Source: Octopus bimaculoides
Taxonomy: Eukaryota
Direction of reading: 5' to 3'
Assembly: GCF_001194135.2 (NCBI RefSeq)
Contig: NC_068983.1
Coordinates: 5,319,653-5,358,533, forward strand
DNA: 38,881 nucleotides
Shown here: piece by piece, positions 33,690 to 38,881 of the stretch
How the letters are laid out: the number at the start of each line of letters is the position of its first letter
Numbering within the stretch: the first letter of the stretch is position 1
Notes under the pieces: model-generated
Databases searched by the model: none
The model's input: only the letters and a program-made list of their open reading frames with translations
What the model was told of the DNA's origin: nothing
Made by a program: the position numbers and the translations under genes

Positions 33690-34563
33690 TCACGCAGTTT
33701 CCGTCTATCAAATTCACTCACAAGGCATTGGTCAGTCCGGGAAGAGAAATTTTCCCCCACAAGAGTTCAGGACCGCAGTTATGAACTCATTTGCATACAG
33801 CCAATCAGAGCTCAACTGTCAAACTAATTCATGAGCACATAACAAGTGATGGGCGATAAGATAAGATCACTTGGGTAAGGATCGTAAGATTGTGGTTTCG
33901 ATTCCCGGATACGAAAAAAATTTTCCCACGTGAGTTGCGGACCCCAGTTATGAACTCATTTGCATACAACCAATCAGAGCTCAACTATCAAACTAATTTA
34001 TGAACGCATAACAAGTGATGGGCGATAAGAGAAGGTCACTTGGGTAAGGAAGGACCATGCTTCTTTTCTCTTTTAAGAATGCTTGTGGTTCTTGTTTCAA
34101 CCATGGCTGCCTCTGCGTAGTTATTTGTGTTGTTGTTTACTTTGTAAAACAGTAAGGGGAGAGGGTTGCTAGCACATCACCCTCCACCCACATTTTTCCC
34201 ATCCACATCTTTATTATACGGGGCCCTAACGAAAATCCGATAATAGGTAGAGATGCAAATCTATTTAATTCTTGTCTCCTTCTATAATCAGGTATAATTC
34301 GGCGATCGGTCGACTTACAACACTATTCTTCGTCTTGAGTTTTCTCGGTAGAGTGTGTTTGTTAACTTGACAACAAGGTGAAGGTGAGCCCTGATTTGAT
34401 GTATGCAAGAGTTTATTGCTGGGGTCCTGTACTCTCGTGGGAAAAAATTTTGCGTCCGGGCTTATAGTAGAAGACACTTGACCAAAATGTCTCGCAGTAG
34501 GGACCGAACCCGAAACCATGTGTTAATCTGCTGCAAACCGAGTTTCTTAACCACAAAGCCATA
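33690..34563 (-). mobile_element. SINE family A interrupted by a ~720 bp insertion
   Basis: The central domain at 33690-33741 resumes at 34454-34563 (head). gtccggg is present at both junctions. Confidence 0.7.
33742..34453. mobile_element. TIR-bearing non-autonomous insertion with a duplicated left end
   Basis: About 130-bp direct copies at 33748 and 33919 (offset 171). An inverted copy of the first ~80 bp lies at about 34375-34453. Confidence 0.6.
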
Positions 34564-34964
34564 CATTTTAGGGAAAGAATATAAGGGGATAACATCGATT
34601 CTACTCCTGCTGAATTTGAACTGGAAACACAAAGGAATGTAGCTGAATGCAGTAAAGAATTTTGTTCGATCCTCAAACAATTTCCATCAACAAATATGTT
34701 TTCTTCTCTTTCACTCATTATTTGGATCTTCTTCGGTGATTTTGATATCTCGTCAGTAAATAATCTTCTCAGACATAAATATAAAGGGAAGTAACTTACG
34801 TAACAGAATTATAAAGTATGCGTTAAAGTTATCTCCCTTAAACTATTTTATTTTAAATAATTTCAGCATTAAGTTGGGAATTTCAAAGAATTTAATTTTT
34901 GTTGATTTCATGTTTTTTGTTAGTTTTTCATTTTATTTTTCCTAAAAATAAAACGAAAAAGAAT

Positions 34965-35181
34965 TCGCCGTGCTGAAAAGTTTCTGGCTTTGGATAAAAG
35001 AAAAAACGGAAGGATCAATTAATTATGATTTTATTGAACATGTTCTCATCTCAGATTCACACACTTATTGCAGCAGCCCTTTAGTTCTTTCTAAGCCCTG
35101 TAAAACGAACTCGGATGGTTGGGCCTCCAGCCGGGCCTTTTGTGTTACCCTTAAAGCCAGGAACTTTCAGCACACCGTCGT
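34965..35181. mobile_element. mariner-like MITE
   Basis: TIRs ccgtgctgaaaagtttctggcttt and aaagccaggaactttcagcacacc (~28 bp). Confidence 0.7.
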
Positions 35182-36023
35182 GTGTGTGTATATATATATA
35201 TATATATGATGGCTGTCCACTTGTGACCAAGGAAGACCATCACTAACCATCTAACCATTGCCCATACAAAATTCCAGCATTGCTTGTGCCTGAGGCTATT
35301 GCACCAACAGTCAGCTTCACCCAGGTTCGTGTCCCTGGCTTCCATGCTCACCACAGTGTCATCCTACATGGCACTGGATAGTTACCTCGACAGCAATTGC
35401 TCAACCTAAAATTTCAGGTTCAATAACGCACAACACCTCACAGACCCTCTCAATCCTGTTAATATAATCCAGAGACAACAATGGGTTGTAGGTTCTGGAA
35501 TGTGGGATCACCATGATCTCGAACGAAAACAAAAGATCCCCAAGATGTTCAATGCCATTCGCTGCATATTTGGTTTTATATTCGAGTGACCTTCTCCTAG
35601 AGACATGCTTTAACAAAAGCTGATGGGTGCCACACTCACAGTGGTCTTTGAGCATGCCAGACACGAACCCAGAACTTCTGAGGGCCAAATAGTCATTGAA
35701 CCTATACTAGGCTTGACTGGTGAGGAGGATTACTAGGAACCCAGCTAGACTAAAAGCAAAACCTGTCGAGCAGTAGGGAGGGCTCTCAAAAAAAAAAAAA
35801 AAAAAAAAAAAAATGTGTTTATATGTATGTATGTATGTATGTGTGCATGTATGTGTGCATGTATGTGTGCATGTATGTGTGCATGTATGTGTGCATGTAT
35901 GTATGCATGTATGTATGTATGTATGCGTGTTTGTATGTGTGCACATTTGTATGCATGTGAGCATGTGTGTGTAGTTCCATACATGTACGTTTGTAGTACA
36001 TTTTATCTTTTCCATATTAACAG

Positions 36024-36081
36024 AATAAAGAAAGTAATCCTTCACGTTGGTGCTGCCAATTTGAGAAGTTCCATAGAATTG
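36024..36081 (+). CDS. NPL: NPL exon 5 ([19 protein letters not shown])
   Basis: Acceptor aacAG and donor GTAAGT, 58 nt. Aligns to human LDQVIIHVGALSLKESQEL. Confidence 0.95.
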
Positions 36082-36525
36082 GTAAGTGTAACCAGTTAAG
36101 TTACTCCCACAGTCTGTCTTTTATTCTCTTATCTTTAAATAGGAATTGAAATTTGACCAAAAAAGCAAAAACCTCAAATATGGTTCCAATGTCTGATTAA
36201 AGAAACCCAGAATGTCTGCCAAAAGAATGGAAGTTATTGTTGTCTGTGGCTGTTGTTGTTGTTCAACTCCTCGTATCAACTCTGATTTTGTAGATCTATT
36301 CTGAAACCAGTTCTAGCCATGACCACCCTGTCAAAACTTTCAAATACATAGTATTTTGGACTACTTCATCTGATGTGTCCATCCTTTTTTTTTAAAAGTA
36401 GTAAAGTATTAAGTAAAAGTGATTTAGCTGCTATTTCTTTTACAAAAATGTCTGCCATGAAATAAACAGAGTTTGTTATTGTATGAAGATATCGTTGTTA
36501 TATCAAGTTTTCTCTTTGATTCCAG

Positions 36526-36601
36526 GCCAAACATGCAGAAGCCATTGGTGCCGATGCCATTGCGTGTATGTGTCCAACATTTTATAAACCAAAAAATGAA
36601 G
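36526..36601 (+). CDS. NPL: NPL exon 6 ([25 protein letters not shown])
   Basis: Acceptor ttccAG and donor GTCAGT, 76 nt. Aligns to human [22 protein letters not shown]. Confidence 0.95.
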
Positions 36602-36640
36602 GTCAGTTCATCTGCACGAATATGTTTTTTTTTTTTTGGA

Positions 36641-37320
36641 GTAAAGGTTGTTTGCCAACATAACATGGCAGTCCTGGTTTAGGACGAATGTTGCTGTAAT
36701 TTAGCCCCATGAGACATCGTCTCCATCTGGTTTTACGACATGATCTGTGTCCTTATATTTTCAAACAAGGGAATCTAGTACCCCTACTCAGCTCAAAACA
36801 ATATCTGTGTATCTCAATTTCTGGGATATTTCTCTTCATCAGCACAGAATAATTGTTCGGTTAGAGGTGTGCTGCCAAATTCCCATTTGAAATGTATAGT
36901 TTTCAAAGTGACAACTAGTCACTGATTTATAAATTAAAAAATTACTATTTTTAAATCTCACAAGAGATATTCAGGAACAGTACTTTGTAGTAAAGATTGT
37001 TTGCTAACATAACATGGCAGTCCTGGTCTAGGACGAATGTTGCTGTAATTTAGCCCCAGGAGACATCGTCTCCAACTGGCTATATGACACGATCTGTGTC
37101 CTTATATTTTCGAACAAGGGAATCTAGTACCCCCACTCAGCTTAAAACAATATCTGTATATTGCGATTTCTGGGTTATTTTCGTTCATCAGCACAGAATA
37201 ATTGTTCGGCTAGAGGGGAAATAACCCAGAAATCGTTTTGAGCTGAGTGCGGGGTACTAGATTCCCTGGTTCGAAAATATAAGGGCAGAGATCGTGTCGT
37301 ATAGCCAGCTGGAGACAATG
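36641..37320. repeat. Direct duplication (~225 bp, offset 349) plus a fold-back arm in NPL intron 6
   Basis: 36641-36867 matches 36990-37216. 37219-37320 is the reverse complement of 37064-37180. Confidence 0.9.
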
Positions 37321-37582
37321 ATGATTGTGCTGATAATGGTGATGATAATGATGATGGTAAATAATGATTACAACAATGATGATCATGGTGATGATGACAA
37401 TGATGATGATCATGGTGATGATGACAATGATGATGATGATGATGATGACAATGATGATGGTGATGATAATGATGCCAACAGCAGTGATATTTCTGATATA
37501 TATTCTATCCACACACACACACACACACATGCATGTCATTAAAGTCTGAATAATCTTGGTCCTCTTCTCGTCTCCATTTCAG

Positions 37583-37675
37583 AGATCTTAACAAATTATT
37601 TGTCCCAAGTGGCGGCTGCAGCACCATCCACACCATTTTTCTACTACAGCATCCCTTACATGACGCATGTCCATT
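37583..37675 (+). CDS. NPL: NPL exon 7 ([31 protein letters not shown])
   Basis: Acceptor atttcAG and donor GTAAGT, 93 nt. Aligns to human [30 protein letters not shown] and includes the catalytic Tyr position. The catalytic Lys exon lies beyond the window. Confidence 0.95.
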
Positions 37676-37827
37676 GTAAGTAGCTTCATTACTCCATCTC
37701 TGTGTTGTTGCTGTGCTTGTCTCTTGCATTAATTAATTGCTCGTGTCGTTAGAGTCCATAGCAGTCATACATTATTTTTTTATGTTAATTACAGTATAAA
37801 GCAAGTAATAAAATACACACATGCTTA

Positions 37828-37868
<41 letters not shown>

Positions 37869-37909
37869 ATGTATGTATGTATGTATGTATGTATGTATGT
37901 ATGTATATA

Positions 37910-38032
37910 GGCGCAGGTAAGGCTGTGTGGTAAGAAGTTTGCTTCCCAACCACATAGTTCCTGGTTCAGTCCCACTATGTTGCACCTTGGGCGAGTGAGT
38001 GGATTTGGTAGACAGAAACTAGAAGAAGCCCC
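37910..38032 (+). mobile_element. SINE family A 5' half
   Basis: ggcgcagg..ggctgtgtggtaagaag...ggttcagtccc...gaagccc. Confidence 0.85.
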
Positions 38033-38049
38033 CTCATATCCACTCAGGG

Positions 38050-38881
38050 CTAGATGAAAAATCTCCAGGTGTGGAAGCAAAACCGAGGATCTAAAGGCCT
38101 TAAGGTTAACTTAGCAAAGATTAAGGTCCTAATAAGCCAGAAAATGCCAGGACCTTGCACCCCTCAGGTAGGTGACCCTATTTAATTTGTAGTAAAGGTG
38201 TAGGCAGGAACTCCATGTGGGGTACCCAGTGCCAGCTATGAACACATAAGATGAGCACTGGGTTAATTGGAAGGTTACCTGGAAGGTAGCAGTTGTATGT
38301 GGAAGACGCATAGGATCCTTAAAAAGCTTAGAAACTCAGGAAATTGATTCCATCAAATGCCCTGGTGGCTCATTAGAGGTAGCAGATAATTTCTGCTGCC
38401 TAGGGGACCAAATTAGTTGTGGGGGAGGATGCACGGAGAGTGTGATAGCTAGAATAAGAATAGGTTGGAGGAAGTTCAGAGACCTGTTACTTCTGTTGGC
38501 CATGAAAGGTTTCTCTCTCCAAGTGAAAGGAAGATTGTATGATGCATACAATGGAGAGAAATTCTACATGGTAGTGATACATGGGCCCTGAATGCAGAGG
38601 ACATGCAAAAGTTAGAAAGGAATGAGGCTAGTATTCTTTGCTGGATGTGTAATGTAAGTGTACATATTTGACAGAGTGCTAGTATATTGACAGAGAAGCT
38701 AGGCATAAGAGGAATTGGTTGCTGTGTGCAAGAGAGGAGATGGCACTGGTTTGGTCATGTGATGCAGACAGATGCCGACTGCCCCATAAAGAAGTGTCAA
38801 TCTCTCAAAGTGGATGGAACATGTGGAAGTGGGAGACTTAGGGAGATGTGATGAAGTACTGAAGAATGATCTCAGGATGCT
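38050..38881 (+). mobile_element. RTE-clade LINE RT C-terminal part, decayed
   Basis: Homologous to 19180-19715 and 13950-14225 (LKVNLAK..., RIRIGWRKFRDLLLLL, ILHGSDTW), with many stops. Confidence 0.85.

Noticed and set aside
1585-33834. Long six-frame ORFs spanning N runs (for example 13928-14872, 20813-21830, 29172-29963, 32585-33834)
   Set aside because: They stay open only because N gaps contain no stops.
35208-35760. Moderately GC-rich segment with ORFs on both strands (for example 35401-35688)
   Set aside because: No recognisable domain and not needed by the NPL exon chain. It is probably an old retroelement fragment that I cannot classify.

Overview
AT-rich, microsatellite-dense animal genomic DNA with many N gaps. 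The repeat landscape suggests an octopus or other coleoid cephalopod; this is an inference. Most of the window is the 5' part of a + strand intron-containing N-acetylneuraminate lyase (NPL, DHDPS/NanA family) gene. Seven phase-compatible GT-AG coding exons (7859-37675) give about 155 aa: [155 protein letters not shown]. The gene continues past the window end. A second, unidentified gene (three in-phase exons) runs on the - strand from about 4.1 kb, head-to-head with NPL. The introns hold tRNA-derived SINEs, RTE, Dong/R4 and HERO-like LINE remnants and piggyBac-, mariner- and hAT-like MITEs. The most unusual feature is a ~530 bp palindrome of two tRNA-headed elements, each carrying a Penelope-type minimal hammerhead ribozyme motif. 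A second, unrelated hammerhead-like motif is at 21.85 kb. Nearly all supplied six-frame ORFs are microsatellite or gap artefacts.
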